Below, piece after piece: positions 42,641 to 56,316 of a stretch of DNA of 64,000 nt. How positions within the stretch are numbered: the first letter of the stretch is position 1; each line of letters opens with the position of its first letter. The position numbers and the translations under genes are program-made. The notes under the pieces were generated by a model. That model ran no database searches. It was not told where the DNA came from and worked only from the letters and a program-made list of their open reading frames with translations. The stretch is from the NCBI RefSeq assembly GCF_006345805.1, contig NC_043002.1, forward strand, positions 70,618,001-70,682,000. The letters are read 5' to 3'. Source of the DNA: Octopus sinensis. Its lineage: Eukaryota.

Positions 42641-42879
42641 TCCACTCATAAAATTTCTCAGCCTTTAATAAGAAATGAGCCTCTAATTATCACGCATGCA
42701 ACGATCTTCTAACATCCACAAACCATTCAAACAAGACGTCTCTCTCACGCTTTCCCCTCGATGTTTAGCCCCTTGTGGGCAATAAAAAAATAAGAAACGT
42801 TAGCACGCCGGTCTGGGAATCGAAACCGCGATGCTCTGACCGCGAGTACGCTGCCCTAACCATTGGGCCATTGTTCTCA

Positions 42880-43560
42880 GTTTGCGTGGAATTTGTGTTG
42901 GTGATTGGTAGAGAATTCGTAGAGAAGTTCTTTTCAAGTTGGATTTGTCAGAGGCCTACCTCCAATTACTGGTAGACGAAGCATGTGTTAACTCCGCCAT
43001 ACCATCCAAGGTCAAATGGGCTAGCCTACTAAATCGTCTGGGGGCGTCGACACAACAACTATGGAGGCGTCGAGCTGGCAATGACGTTAGCACGCCGGGC
43101 GAAATGCGTAGCCGTATTTCGTCTGCCGTTACGTTCTGAGTTCAAATTCCGCCGAGGTCGACTTTGCCTTTCATCCTTTCGGGGTCGATAAATTAAGTAC
43201 CGGTTACGCACTGGGGTCGATGTAATCGACTAAATACCTATGTCTGTCCTTGTTTGTCCCCTATATATTTAGTCCCTTGTGGGTAATAAAGAAATATATG
43301 GAGGATAGGAACGAGATTATCTGTTACGTGATAGACATTTCGATCATTTATGGAAAAAATATCGATGATAATCAATCAAGGGAGCAGGATCTGGGCTATG
43401 AAAATGAGAACAGGTGGATATCAAAACCTATGACTATCTGCAGGGCGTCTAAGACTTGTAGGAGGGAAAGAGAATGGTGTGTTCACACTGGGAAACTGTT
43501 CTCAGTACGTGCAATAGAGTGTTTTCCGCTAAAGATTCCCAAAATGCCAAGTGGTGGTGC
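42880..43560 (+). pseudogene. Ty3/Gypsy reverse transcriptase relic interrupted by a SINE
   Basis: KFF (frameshift) KLDLSEAYLQLLVDE resembles the Gypsy RT motif FSKLDL..AYLQ; the downstream remainder is degenerate. Confidence 0.4.
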
Positions 43561-43589
43561 GTAAACCGGGCAACGGAGACCGTGTGGAA

Positions 43590-44065
43590 GTGCAATGGCC
43601 TAGTAGTTAGGGCAGCGGACTCGCGGTCATAAGAACGCGGTTTCGATTCCCAGACCGGGCATCGTGAGTGCTTATTGAGTAAAAACACCTAAGCTCCACA
43701 AGGCTCCGGCTGGGGTAGGGGGTGAACCCCGCTGTACTCTTTCCCCACAACTTTCTCTCAATCTTTCTTCCTACTTCTGCCACAAAGCAGAAGGACCATG
43801 GTGTAACCCACTATGGTGTGGTAAACTTTCAAACCCTAGTCTTGATTGCGAATCCTCTGTACCCCAGGATGGTTCAGCTCTCCACCCATTAAAAGCCACC
43901 GTTTACGGAATGAGGATAACGACGTAGCTTTCGCGTCCGTGCAACCGCCAGTCTATCGCGAGTGGTGGGTGGATCTTCAAGTTGCCACACGCATTCTAGT
44001 AGTTTAGGGTAGGCTCGAATTAGAGATTATTCTTTGTGGCTAATGGCGTGAGTCTTGATTGGAGG
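43590..44065 (+). mobile_element. Composite tRNA-headed SINE (~480 bp) with (GAA/GAG)n tail
   Basis: tRNA-like head, long body and purine triplet tail; inverted copy at 61720-62195. Confidence 0.8.
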
Positions 44066-44317
44066 AAGAGGAGGAGGAGGAGGAAGAAGTAGAAGAAGAG
44101 GAAGAAGAAGAAGAAAAAGACGGAGACCTCTAACACTACTTGTTTACTGACCCTCATTTCCTCTCAACCTTCTTCTCTCTCTCTCCCTCTCTCTCTCTCT
44201 TCTTCCTCATTGCATCTATCTACCCCACCCTCTCTACCATCAGCTATTGCTATCTTCCCTTATTGCTCACCCAATATCTCTCTTTCTTTCTCTATTTCAG
44301 TAGATCCAAGGTCAAGA

Positions 44318-44657
44318 ATGTTCCAGTTTACTCTTACCAGCCCAGCTGTGACTATGGCGTTGCTTTTAACCCTTGTAAATATCGCGATCGTTACCCCCCA
44401 AGAGATGTCAGTCCGCTTCAATTATCTGAGGCCTGGTTATACCTTTGTAGAGCTTAGCTCGTGGAGTTCATTACGACGCTCTTACTCGGCTAAAAGTGTA
44501 ACAGAATGTGCATTGATGGCTTTAAACAGAATGGTCACTTCTGATGTTCTATTCTTTTCTTATAACAAGACAAATCAGTTGTGTAGTACTTACGCATCAG
44601 GTACTGGGGTTATACCGTCCGGTCAATATGGCAGCCACGAACTGTGCTTATATAAAG
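44318..44657 (+). CDS. Host gene coding exon 1: signal peptide plus PAN/Apple-like domain (exon begins 44301)
   Basis: Polypyrimidine tract plus tttcag acceptor (AG 44299-44300), ATG at 44318, hydrophobic leader MALLLTLVNIAIV, PAN-like motif SVTECA...FFSYNKTNQLC, donor AAAG|gtaagt (phase 1). Confidence 0.85.
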
Positions 44658-45104
44658 GTAAGTAACCCACTGTTATTAGAATCGTTAGCACGCAGGACAA
44701 AATACTTAGCAGTGTTTCGCTACGTTCTGAGTTCAAATTTCGCCGAAGTGGACTTTGCATTTCATCCTTTCGGAGTCGACCAATTAAGTACCAGTTAAGT
44801 GCAGGAGTCGATGTAATGGACTAGTCCTCTCCCCTAAATATCAGGCCTCCTGTCTATAGTAGAAAGTATTATTATCATTATTATTGCTATTGGCCTAATG
44901 GTAAGGGTGTTGTACTCGCGATCACGAGATCGTATGTTCACTTCCGACACCAGGTGGTGTGTTGTGTTCTTGAGCAAAACACTTCATCTCGAGTAGCTCT
45001 ACCTTCACTTCGATACCTGACGCGTGGCATACAGTACACCTGTTCACAGTACACCTGTTCAGTCAATGTCGATTTGATGGAGAGAGTCAGCTAATACGCG
45101 ACAG

Positions 45105-45870
45105 AAACGAGCTGGCAGAGTGGTTAGCACACCGGGCGAAATGCTTAGCGGTATTTCGTCTGCCGTTACGTTCTGAGTTCAAATTCCGCCGAGGTTGATT
45201 TTGCCTTTCATCCTTTCGGGGTCGATTAATTAAGTACCTGTTACGCACAGGGGTCGATATAATCGACTTAATCTGTTTTTCTGTTCTTGTTTGTCCTCTC
45301 TGTGTTTAGCCCCTTGTGGGTAGCAAAGAAATAGGTATTTCGTCTGCCGTTACGTTCTGAGTTCAAATTCCGCCGAGATTGACTTTGCTTTCATCCTTTC
45401 GGGGTCGATTAAATAAGTAACAGTTACACACTGGGGTCGATATAATCGACTTAATCCGTTTGTCTGTTCTTGTTTGTCCTCTCTGTGTGGGTAGCAAAGA
45501 AATAGGTATTTCGTCTGCCGCTACGTTCTGAGTTCAAATTCCGCCGAGGTCGACTTTGCCTTTCCTCCTTTCGGGAGTCGATAAATAAAGTACCAGTTAC
45601 GCACTAGGGTCGATGTCATCGACTTAATCCATTTGGAAAGGCGGCGGGCTGGCAGAAACGTTAGCACGCCTGGCGAAATGCTTAGCGGTATTTCGTCTGC
45701 CGTTACGTTCTGAGTTCAAATTCCGCCGAGGTCGACTTCGCCTTTCATCCTTTCGGGGTCGATTAAATAAGTACCAGTTACGCACTGGGGTCGATATAAT
45801 CGACTTAAGCTGTTTGTCTGTCCTTGTTTGTCCTCTCTGTGTTTAGCCGCTCGTGGGTAGTAAAGAAATA
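45105..45870 (+). repeat. Tandem array of SINE units (tRNA-like head plus gcctttcatcctttcggggtcgat domain)
   Basis: About 4 repeats of the ~180 bp unit. Single copies at about 33000, 43085, 44680, 51990-52860 and 62470. Confidence 0.85.
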
Positions 45871-45981
45871 ACAAACAAAACTATTAGAAACAAATCATTT
45901 ATGCAGGTTATTCGGTAAAAGCTGAACGCTCATACATCGTCTTCGATGGTAGAGTACGTTATTATTATTCTAATCATCATC

Positions 45982-46046
<65 letters not shown>

Positions 46047-46047
<1 letters not shown>

Positions 46048-49000
46048 CGTTTGACTTTTGCTTTATATTTGTATATTATGTCTGTACAAGTTGGCTCCAA
46101 TCTCACCCAGAGACCTCAAGAGACAACAGGTTGGAAGTTCACGTTGTTGTTATGCCTAGTGTGCCATATATTTGGTTGTTTTTTGTGTTGTATTAGTGGA
46201 TGTCTAAAAAAAATGTTTGTTTTAAACCTTGAGATTACATAGAAAGTATTTTGCGTAGGATATGAGCAGTTCCCATGAGCACTATCTTTTGAATTTCTGC
46301 CATTTTTGGGTTTCCTGGTATCTGAGTTAGGTAGCAATCAGCCCCTTTTGCTATCATTTCCAGGGCACCTACGACAACAGGTATTGTTTTAGTCTTTAGG
46401 TTCCACATTTTGCTGATTTCTATTTCAAGATCTTTATATTTGCTCAGTCTTTATATCGATTGGGACAGTCATATCAATGAGGAGGCATGGTCTTTGTTTG
46501 AAGTCTTTCAATATGATGTCTGGCCTATTTGCATCTATCTTTCTGTCAGTTTGAATGGTGAAGTTCCAGAGGAGTGAGATGTGGTCATTTTCAAGCACTG
46601 GGGGTGGTTTGTGTTCCCACCAGTATTTTTCATGGGGCAAATCCAGGTTTTTGCAGATTACCCAGTGAATATATTGTGCAGCTCTATCATACCTGTTGAG
46701 AAACTCTGTAGGCGCTAGAAGACTGCACTTGGAGACCACATGATCAATGGTTTCATTTTGTTGCTGACATACACGACATGTTGGGCTACTGCCGATCTTT
46801 AATATGTTGGCCTGGTAGTTTCTTGTTGGTAGGCATTGATCTTGAGCTGCTATGATAAACCCCTCTGTTTCAGATTTTAAGCCAGAGGCCATTAGCCATT
46901 GATGGGTCAGGGCTTTGTCAGCATCTGCATTATTCGCTCTCTTTGGGTATTTGCCATAGAGAGGTTTTTCTTGCCATTTATCATTCAGAATATCTAAGGC
47001 CGCAGATTTAGCACGGGTTTTCATGCGCTTAGCTTTTTCTGTGCCTGTTTCTTGTATGTCTATTTCTAATTCCGAAATTTGTTGTATTCGGAATTCATTT
47101 AGATATTCCTTTGCCCGTTTTGTTACTGAGCACGATGCTTTCTTGTTTTCATGTTTTGAGACAAGTTTTAACATCCAGTCCTCAGAGATCTTCAGGTAGG
47201 TGTCTAGGCCAATTGTAGCAATCTTCATTGTTATTGCCAGTTGTAAAAGTCCACGGCCTCCCTCTTTTCTTGGCAGATAAAGTCGTTCTGTATTTGCCTT
47301 AGGGTGGTGCATTCTATGCAGTGTCAACAGTTTTCATATTTTTCTGTTAAGATTACATATTTCAGTAATTGACCAGTTAACGATATTTAAACTGTAAGTC
47401 ACGACTGGCATGGCTAATGCATTGATCGCTTCGATCCTCTTTCTCGCATTCAGCTCTGTCTTCAGTATTGCTTTTACTTTGCGATAACATTCCCTCCTGA
47501 TCCTTTCCTTCATCTCTGAATGCCTTATTCCGTTTCCTTCAATTACCCCTAGATACTTGTAGTTCTTCGCTGGGTCTAATTCTTTTATGACATTCTGCTG
47601 GTCAAGGTTGACGTTAGATGTTTCTGTCATTTTTCCTTTGATAAAGGTAGCTTTTGCACATTTATCGAGGCCAAATTGCATTCTGATGTCATCACTGAAT
47701 TGATTGACAATCGCTAGTAAGTCCTTAAGTTGTTGGTCATTTTTTGCAAAGAGCTTTAAATCATCCACGTAAATGAGATGATTTATATCTTTATCAAACA
47801 TTTTATATCCGTACTGCGCGTCACTCAGCAGTTTTGAGAGAGGTATTAAGGCTAAACAGAAGAGGAGTGGTGATAGTGATTCACCCTGGAAAATGCCACA
47901 TGAAATTTTTACATCACCAGCATTTAGAAATTCATTGTCACTATTCAAAGTTAGTGTGGTTCTCCATGATCTCATACTTACAGACAAAAGGTTTCGCAGA
48001 GTAGGTGCTATCTTATACATTTCTAGGCATTTCTTAATCCAGCTATGTGGTAGGCTATCAAAAGCCTTTTTATAGTCTATCCAGGCTATTGATAAGTTTT
48101 GTGTCGTTTGTGACAATCTTCTATGATCATCTTATTGATGAGTAGTTGATCTTTACAACCGTAGGATCCACGTTTACATCCTTTCTGGCCGTCAAAAAAC
48201 TATAAGTATATTCCGTCAGGACAGATGTTAGTGTTTTGTACATAGTTGTTAAGCAGGTTATGGGTCTATAGTTTTTGGTTCATTTGTTTCTTCACTTTTT
48301 GGAAGCAGGAATGTTAACCCATTAACTAGCCAAGGAGGGTGTTGCAAAACATCATTGTAAAGTTCTGTTAGCAGTTCATGGCTCTCTGGGAAGGCATTCA
48401 ACCAGAAGTTAGGGATTTTATCCTTTCCTGGAGACTTCCATTTGCTTGATCTCCTGAGAGCAGATCTTATATCTTCTACCTTGACACCCCCCCACTTTTG
48501 CTCTTCTAAGGAGTCCAGTTCTTTAGATATTCTATCAATCCAGGGGGCCTTTTCGCTGTGTGTTTTTTCTTCTGCCCAAATTTTATTCCAAAATCCCTGA
48601 ACTTCTTCTTTTGATGGTACAGACTTTACAGTAACTGGTGTTTTTCCTATCTTCCTGTAAAAAGTTTTGGGGTTATTTTTGAACATGTTGTTGTCCCTGA
48701 AGAATCTAACACGCTTTTCATACCTCGCTATGCGGGCAGCTTTAGCAGATACCTTTTGCTTGATGGTTTCTATGGTGGCATCAATATCAAGTATAGTTTT
48801 CATATTATATTTTTTCATTAGTTTTTGGGTTTTTGTAGGTTTGGCAGTCATATGAACCTTAAGATTTTTCAAATATTCACTGTCAGATCTAAATAGTTTA
48901 ATTTGTTGTTGCAAACGCTCTTGCCAAGAAGGCTTTTTGTGGAAATGTTGTCGTTTTCTAATCTTTTCACCACATAGGATCGTTGAGATTTTCGTGGATG

Positions 49001-50000
49001 CATAGTATAGGTGGTTGAGATCTGTGATATCAACATCATTAGCTGAAATTATATCCTTAAGTGCAAGCCGGATTTTACCAATTATTTTCATGTTTTGTTT
49101 AGAGTTGTGGATTTTAGGGAGTGTATCACGTTCATCCATACTGGTTTCTTTAATTTTCAGCCATTCAGTCATGATTTGACTTTGTATCTCATGTAGTTCT
49201 GTCGGGTCAATATTTGTGTGGCTTTCTTCATCTATTTGATGTTCATCTGTCTTAGTGTTTATGTTTGGTACTGGGAGTATTTCACTTTGCCTATCACTTA
49301 TACTAACTCTTTCAATCCTAACTTCGTTTTTATCAGCTCTGGGCTGGTCTATAATTATTTCCTCTGTATTATCTTCTTTAGCTGCAGCTTCGTTTATTCT
49401 ATCCGTTACTGCTTGTCTAATTTGGTCAATCTCTACTTCAGTCAGTAATTTTTTTTTATAATGTTTCTTCTGACGTTGGCAAGTTTGTTACTGTCTATGT
49501 AGGGTCTTGCTTCAGGGTGTTTCTGTCTCCAGTTTATGTAGGTTTGTATAGTGTTCGATTTATCTGTGGGGCAATATATGGCATGGTAGAAGGCCGCAAG
49601 AACTTCTTTATTATCTTCCCTAGTCCATTTTTCCTTCTTTTTCTTTTGAGTGTTTGGTGACGAGCATGGATGGCCATCTGTTGGAATATTCCAGTTGTGG
49701 GGTACGTCCAGCTCCTGTGTGTCGGGAAGATTTGATCCAGTAGCTGATTTTTCACTCAGACTTTGGTTCAATTTTCGGGTGCGTGGTCTTTTGCAATCCG
49801 CTCGACGACCATCGCAGTTTGTAGTTTGTTTTGTTGACATTGAAGCATGACGAGCTTCGACTCTTACATTAAGAGACGGATCTGTCAGTTTAGGAATCTC
49901 TGCACGTAAACATTGTTCGTAGCGCAGCTTATTAAGGCTAGCAGATCTGTATTCGTCTGTATTATTTTGTTGATAGATTTATCTCCGAGCATAGTTTTCC
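46047..50000 (-). mobile_element. Near full-length Dong/R4-clade non-LTR retrotransposon (RT plus CCHC plus restriction-like endonuclease), frameshifted
   Basis: KSPGKDKIPNFW, WIDYKKAFDSLPH, GIFQGESLSPLLF, HLIYVDDLKLFA, CRVC..ETIDHVVSKC, RPDIILKD..LIDMTVP. The 3' end runs into (TAA)n; another (TTA)n tract lies at 50159-50227. The 5' boundary is approximate. Confidence 0.9.
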
Positions 50001-50157
50001 CTTTTTTTAAGAAAAAAAAACTTATGAAAGGTTCACTCTGCCTGTATTAGTTCGAAAAAATGAGAATAAAATACGAAAAAAAAATTATCATCACCAATAT
50101 AATTACCGTCATCATCATCATCAATGATATTGTTTTATGTGTAGTCACAGCAGTAGC

Positions 50158-50227
<70 letters not shown>

Positions 50228-50416
50228 CACCCTCGCCACAGTAAAGAGGTCATGTTCTATAGGTCTATAAATAGATCCAGCAGATTGTGGAATGGTCAGC
50301 CAGAGACAAAGGACATTTCGGGTCAGGAAAGGTCAAACCTGTTTACTAGTACCAGCGTTATCTTGAAAAGCAATTCAGCTTGTTATATTTGTAATTAATG
50401 GTAGGAGGAGAAAAAA

Positions 50417-50497
<81 letters not shown>

Positions 50498-51444
50498 CAT
50501 ACACATATGTATATGTATATGTATATTCACACACGCATATTTTCTGATATTCACGTCGATGATCTTTTAAATTTCTGAATTCATTTTTGTTGTTGCAATA
50601 AAAGTTTACGTGTTTACGTGTTTGGGTAATATATATAAGTTTTTAAGTTTCTTGAGATGTCCATTTGGAAAATACAATAAGATTTTTGCAATGGGAAGAA
50701 TGTTTACATTTTCGAATGCTCAGAAAAGAAAACAAGTTGTGGTTAGTGAAGTTCTAAGATTTACTAGATATGCACAGAGAGAAATGATAGTGTTCTTAGA
50801 ATAGAAAGGAGGATGATGGTATTTACATTTTCGGATACTCATGGGGAGAGGAAAGGATACGTTGTCGCACATTAGTTGTAGATATTAAAGATTTCCTTTT
50901 TTTGTATTTTAAGCTGACCGTGTGTGTGTTCGATAGTTGTAGGTATGTAAGTTTCCTAACTTATTTTATTCTGCGGGAGATTTAAAATATTTATAGGGAG
51001 TTGTAAATATTCCAGTAGGAGGAAGAGCGGGTTCACCTTGTTGGGATTTTGAATTTCTGAATTTCTTTTTCTTTTGAAATTTTTCTTTTCTTTTTAAAAG
51101 TTATGCTGTGGTTTACAGTTTTTGTAGTTGTGCAGTATATATATATTAGCAGGTGCTTACTTCCATAGTTTTTTTATCGTGCATTTAATTGTGTTGTTAC
51201 AATAAAATGCAGAGAAGGGACGACAAAATGTTCACACAAAATTGGAGATATTTATGATTCAAAATTTTTTGTTTGGTGTTCCTTTTGTATGTCCAAAGCT
51301 GTAGATATGTAAGTTCCTTAACTTATTTTGAGGGAAATTCAAATTACTCACAGAAAACAGTAGATCTTCCAGTTTTTTTACAGATGTTTTTTCAGTTGTC
51401 ACGCAGCGAAAAAACACGTCCAGCTTCTATTACGTCCAGCCGCC

Positions 51445-51724
<280 letters not shown>

Positions 51725-51938
51725 TGAGTGAGAGAGCACTGCATGCCATCAAAGTGACACTGGGGTAAAATATACGAAGCCCAGTATACCCATCATGACT
51801 ACCCGTCTGATAAGGGTACACTAGGAACATGTATCACAACCATATGTGCGTGACATGGTGATCTCATATCAAGATAAATAGCACATGACCTTGCAGATCA
51901 GAAGCCACGAAAGCCACTGCCTGGTACAGCATCAGGGC

Positions 51939-51978
<40 letters not shown>

Positions 51979-52907
51979 TTTCAGATGGTAAGCTGGCAGA
52001 ATCGTTAGCGATCCGGGAAAAATGCTTAGCGGCATTTTTCCCGTCCATGTTCTGAGTTCAAACGCCACCGATATCGACTTTGCTTTTCATCCTTTTCAGG
52101 TCGATAAATTAAGTACCAGCTGAGTTCTGAAGTCGATGTAATCGACTAGTCCCCTACCTGCAAATTTCAGCCCTTGTGCCTTTAGTAGAAAGGATTATTA
52201 TTATTATCATTATTACTATTAAGGCGGCGTGGTGGCAGAGTCGTTAGCATGCTGAACAAAATGCTTAGAAGCTTTCCCTCCGTCTTTATGTTGTGAGTTC
52301 AAACACCGACGAAGCTGACTTTGACTTTTATCCTTTCTGGTTCAATGAAATAAACACCAGCTGATAACTGGGTTCGATTTAATCGAATTACCCCTTCCTG
52401 GAAATCGCTGGTCTTGGGCCGAAATTATTCAGGTGGTGAGCTGGCAGAATCGATAGGATGTCTGATAATTCCTTGAGTTAGTTGTCTCTGTTCTTTACGA
52501 CCTAAGTTCAAATCCCATCGTTGTTCACTTTGCCTTTCATCCCTCTGGGTACGATAAAGTAAGGTACAAGTGAAGTATTGGGGTCTATTGTAACGGCTAA
52601 ACTCTTTTCCTCAAAACTCTTGACCTTGTGCCGAATTATAATTATATTTTTAATAATTATATTATCATCATTAATATTTCCTATATCTCATAAGGCACAG
52701 AATTCGCAAAATGCTTGGCGGCATTTCGTCTGTCTCTTTACGTTTTGAGTTCAAATTCCGCCGAAGTCGACATTTCCTTTCGTCCTTTCGGGGTCGGTAA
52801 AATAAGTACCAGTTGAATATTGGGGTCGATGTAATCGACTTAAACCCTTCCCACGAAATTACTGGCCAAAATTTCAAAATTTGAAACTAATATCTTTTAT
52901 ATTTCAG

Positions 52908-53056
52908 CTGATACAACGTTGATGGTTTATAGAGTAAGCATCCCTACGGAAGCGTCCATTTATAATAGCTTTTACAAAATACCACCATACGCTGCAGGCA
53001 GAAGTATCTACCGGAATATGATCCTTGACTCATGGATAAATCTTCCGATCGTTAAG
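52908..53056 (+). CDS. Host gene coding exon 2 (ADTTLMVYRVSIP...YRNMILDSWINLPIVK)
   Basis: Acceptor ttttatatttcag, donor AAG|gtatgt. Joins exon 1 in phase 1 (G+CT = Ala), is open throughout and ends in phase 0. Confidence 0.85.
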
Positions 53057-53751
53057 GTATGTACACACATACACACAAGCGCATACACAGACTGTGGAGG
53101 CACATGGCCTAGTGGTTAGAGCAGCGGACTCACAGTCGAGGGATCGTGGGTTCGAATCTCAGACCTGGCGAGGTGTGTGTTTATGAGCGAAACATCTAAG
53201 CTCCACGCAGCTCCGACAGAAGGTAATGGCGAAATTTCTGCTGATGCTTTCGCCACAACTTTCTCTCACTCTTTCCTCCTACATCTTGCAGCACACCTGC
53301 GACGGACCGGCGTCCCGTCCAGGTGGGGAACCTATACGCCAAGAAACCGGGAAACCGGCCCTTATGAGCCAGTCGTGGCTCGAGAAGGAACAAACAACAA
53401 CATACAGAGACACACTCACACACACTCTTTTACTCTTTTACTGGTTTCAGTCATTTGACTGTGGCCATGCTGGAGCACCGCCTTTTTTTAGTCGAGAAAA
53501 TCGACCCCAGGACTTATTCTTTGTAAGCCTAGTACTTATTCTATCGGTCTCTGTTTGCCAAATCGCTAAGTTACGGGGACGTAAACACACCAGCATCGGT
53601 TGTCAAGCGATGTTGGGGAGACAAGCACAGACATACAAACATATGCACACACACACATACATAGATAGATAGATAGATAGATAGATACATATATATATAT
53701 ATATATATATTGCAAAGGAAGGCCTACTTTTCATCGACAACCGGTGATTGT

Positions 53752-53796
53752 CACACGCTGATGACGGGTCAATACCCAGAAACCCGGGTCCGTGTG
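53752..53796 (+). ncRNA. Minimal type I hammerhead ribozyme at the tip of a long hairpin
   Basis: CACACG-CUGAUGA-C-GGGU caau ACCC-A-GAAA-CCCGGG-UC-CGUGUG: perfect 6 bp stem I, palindromic stem III, GUC site. Confidence 0.85.
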
Positions 53797-53986
53797 TATC
53801 ACGTCAGGTTGAAGACGGGAAGGATGACTTCTCTTTGCAAATACTGATAATAGGACACAGAAAGTGTGTCAATAGCCAACTGGAGGAGGTGTCCTACTGG
53901 GGCTACAAGCTACAGTAGCATCCACCCTTAGGGGTTAGCCACATTTAAGTGGCAAATATACTTCATGTATATGCATATGTATATAC

Positions 53987-54065
<79 letters not shown>

Positions 54066-54124
54066 ATTATATATGTATATACATATGTATGTATATATAT
54101 ATATATATACAAAATATATACTAA

Positions 54125-54270
54125 TTGCACTACTAGGCACTGCACACATCCTACGCAGAACACTTACAATACAGTAACCTTCAGAGCATCACAACAAATC
54201 ACAGCACATACTCAAGGCACACAGAGCTGCACTCGGTAGTGAAGTGAAAGCAAGTTATAAAAATAATACT
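54125..54270 (+). mobile_element. Short 3' end of a second Dong/R4 subfamily followed by (TAA)n
   Basis: Translation [16 protein letters not shown] matches the GTAHILRK terminus of the other Dong copies; (TAA/TGA)n follows. Confidence 0.65.
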
Positions 54271-54274
54271 ACTG

Positions 54275-54351
<77 letters not shown>

Positions 54352-54365
54352 TAATAATAATAATG

Positions 54366-54429
<64 letters not shown>

Positions 54430-55029
54430 TAACCAAGTTATTATCCCTACAGCTATGGTGTCTAACTGCCAGGCTGATAGCTTGGAGATAACTGATAGTA
54501 GTTCCCTAAACAACGACTTTAGCACTGATAACAACAATAGCTATACTAATTACTATAACAATATTCAGGACAGCGATAGCAATGATAAGAACGCTAGTAA
54601 TAGCACTCATTATAAGGATGAAGATAATATTAGACCTAATAACAATACTTATATATCGAATCACAGTGTAACAGATGAACTGATAAACCCAGACCCAACA
54701 AGGTTTAATGGCATAACATATAATACTGCCACGTCAAATGAAGATAATACTACTACTAATAATGGAATAACTCAGTCCACATCAAACAATAATTGCGAAA
54801 ATTAATCACAATACCAATATAACTAGCAATAATGGGGATGTGGATAATAGGTCTAACATCAGTACTAGCGGTGGAAGAATTATAGGTAGGAAAAACTTGA
54901 ATAGCACTAATAAAGATAATAACAATAATAATAGCGATAATGTAGGCATAGTCTCGATCTACCATAGTAGTAGCCATGATAACAACCATATCGAAATTAT
55001 CCATCCACGGGCAAATAACGGACGGCTTG

Positions 55030-55460
55030 AAAATTGTAATACGGCTGTAATTGTGTGACTGCAGCAGCGTGTGCCTTACGTGGAAATTTCCTGGCAAAAA
55101 AAACCCCAGTTTACTCCTGTGAAATAATTACTGAATTAAATACTCTTATTTACATTGGGTGCTCATCCGCCTGGAAATCTAGGTTCTATAACCACCGGTC
55201 GTCCTTTAGACTCAAAAAATAAGGCTAACAGTACATCTTTATCAAGTAGGATTTGGGAACTTAAGGACAAAAATATAAAATTTAACCTTAGATGGTCCAT
55301 AGTTGGATCGGCAGCGACTTATAAAAATAATAGAACTGGTTGCCAACTATGCTCCTTAGAACTACCAAAAATCATTAGATTCCCGGATAAAGACAAACTA
55401 GTTAATAAAAGATCTTAATTCAAACCAACTTGCATGCATGAATTAACTAAAACTTTTAAA
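55030..55460 (+). pseudogene. Penelope-like GIY-YIG endonuclease relic
   Basis: Frameshifted ...VYSCEI...YIG...RFYNHRSSFR..NSTSLSSRIWELKDKN..RWSIV..CQLCSLE..LVNKRS..CMH. Confidence 0.75.
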
Positions 55461-56229
55461 TATTATAATCCTTAAATCTCCATTTTAATCCCTTCATGAT
55501 CATCTCACATTGGAATTTCCATAATCTACTCCATCCTGCCACTACTCAGGCATTGGATTAATTACTCCTAGTCTTACCCCCAACTACTTGCTAAGTTTAC
55601 CCTCACCTTAATAAATTCTAACCACAGATAGTATACACATACCATTCAATTTAGAAAATTTATACTTACTTTTACTTATTTATATAGAACATAGATAAAT
55701 AATCAAACCATTGTCTCTAGAATTTACTATATCACTACCAACAAATACTAATAACATCATTAATATCTTTAGTAATATTAAACTAGTAATAAAGGGTAAA
55801 TAACTACCAAGAATCTTTTAACTTAATACATTCTCTAACAATCAAAATAAGAGTATAATTTACATAAGTGGATAATCTTGAAATCTCTCCAACCAATATA
55901 TATTTTACAATCAATTTTATATTATAATATTATAACAATATCATGATCACTAGTATTATTGCGATTGTTATAATTGTTTCTTTGTACTTTTTCTTACTTT
56001 ATTTTATTTTCTAATTTTTTATCCTTTATCTTTTATCTTTGCATTTAAATTACATTGAATTATTAAATATTTATTAAATATTAAATATTAAATTATTAAA
56101 TTAAAACTATTATATCCCCCAAACCAAGATATACATTTAGAAGATGTAATGTGTGTGTGTATATACATGAATCGATGGACGTGAATGTATGAATATTTAT
56201 ACATGGTGATAGATATATGTATGCATGTG

Positions 56230-56316
<87 letters not shown>

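Noticed and set aside
50228-50398. FYRSINRSSRLWNGQP resembling a LINE ORF2 C-terminus
   Set aside because: Too short and degenerate to support a call.
50560-51270. Possible decayed Penelope coding region on the minus strand (also 56630-57100)
   Set aside because: No motif could be read with confidence.
54455-55058. Asn-rich ORFs
   Set aside because: Low-complexity sequence upstream of the Penelope relic, with no splice or domain support for a host exon.
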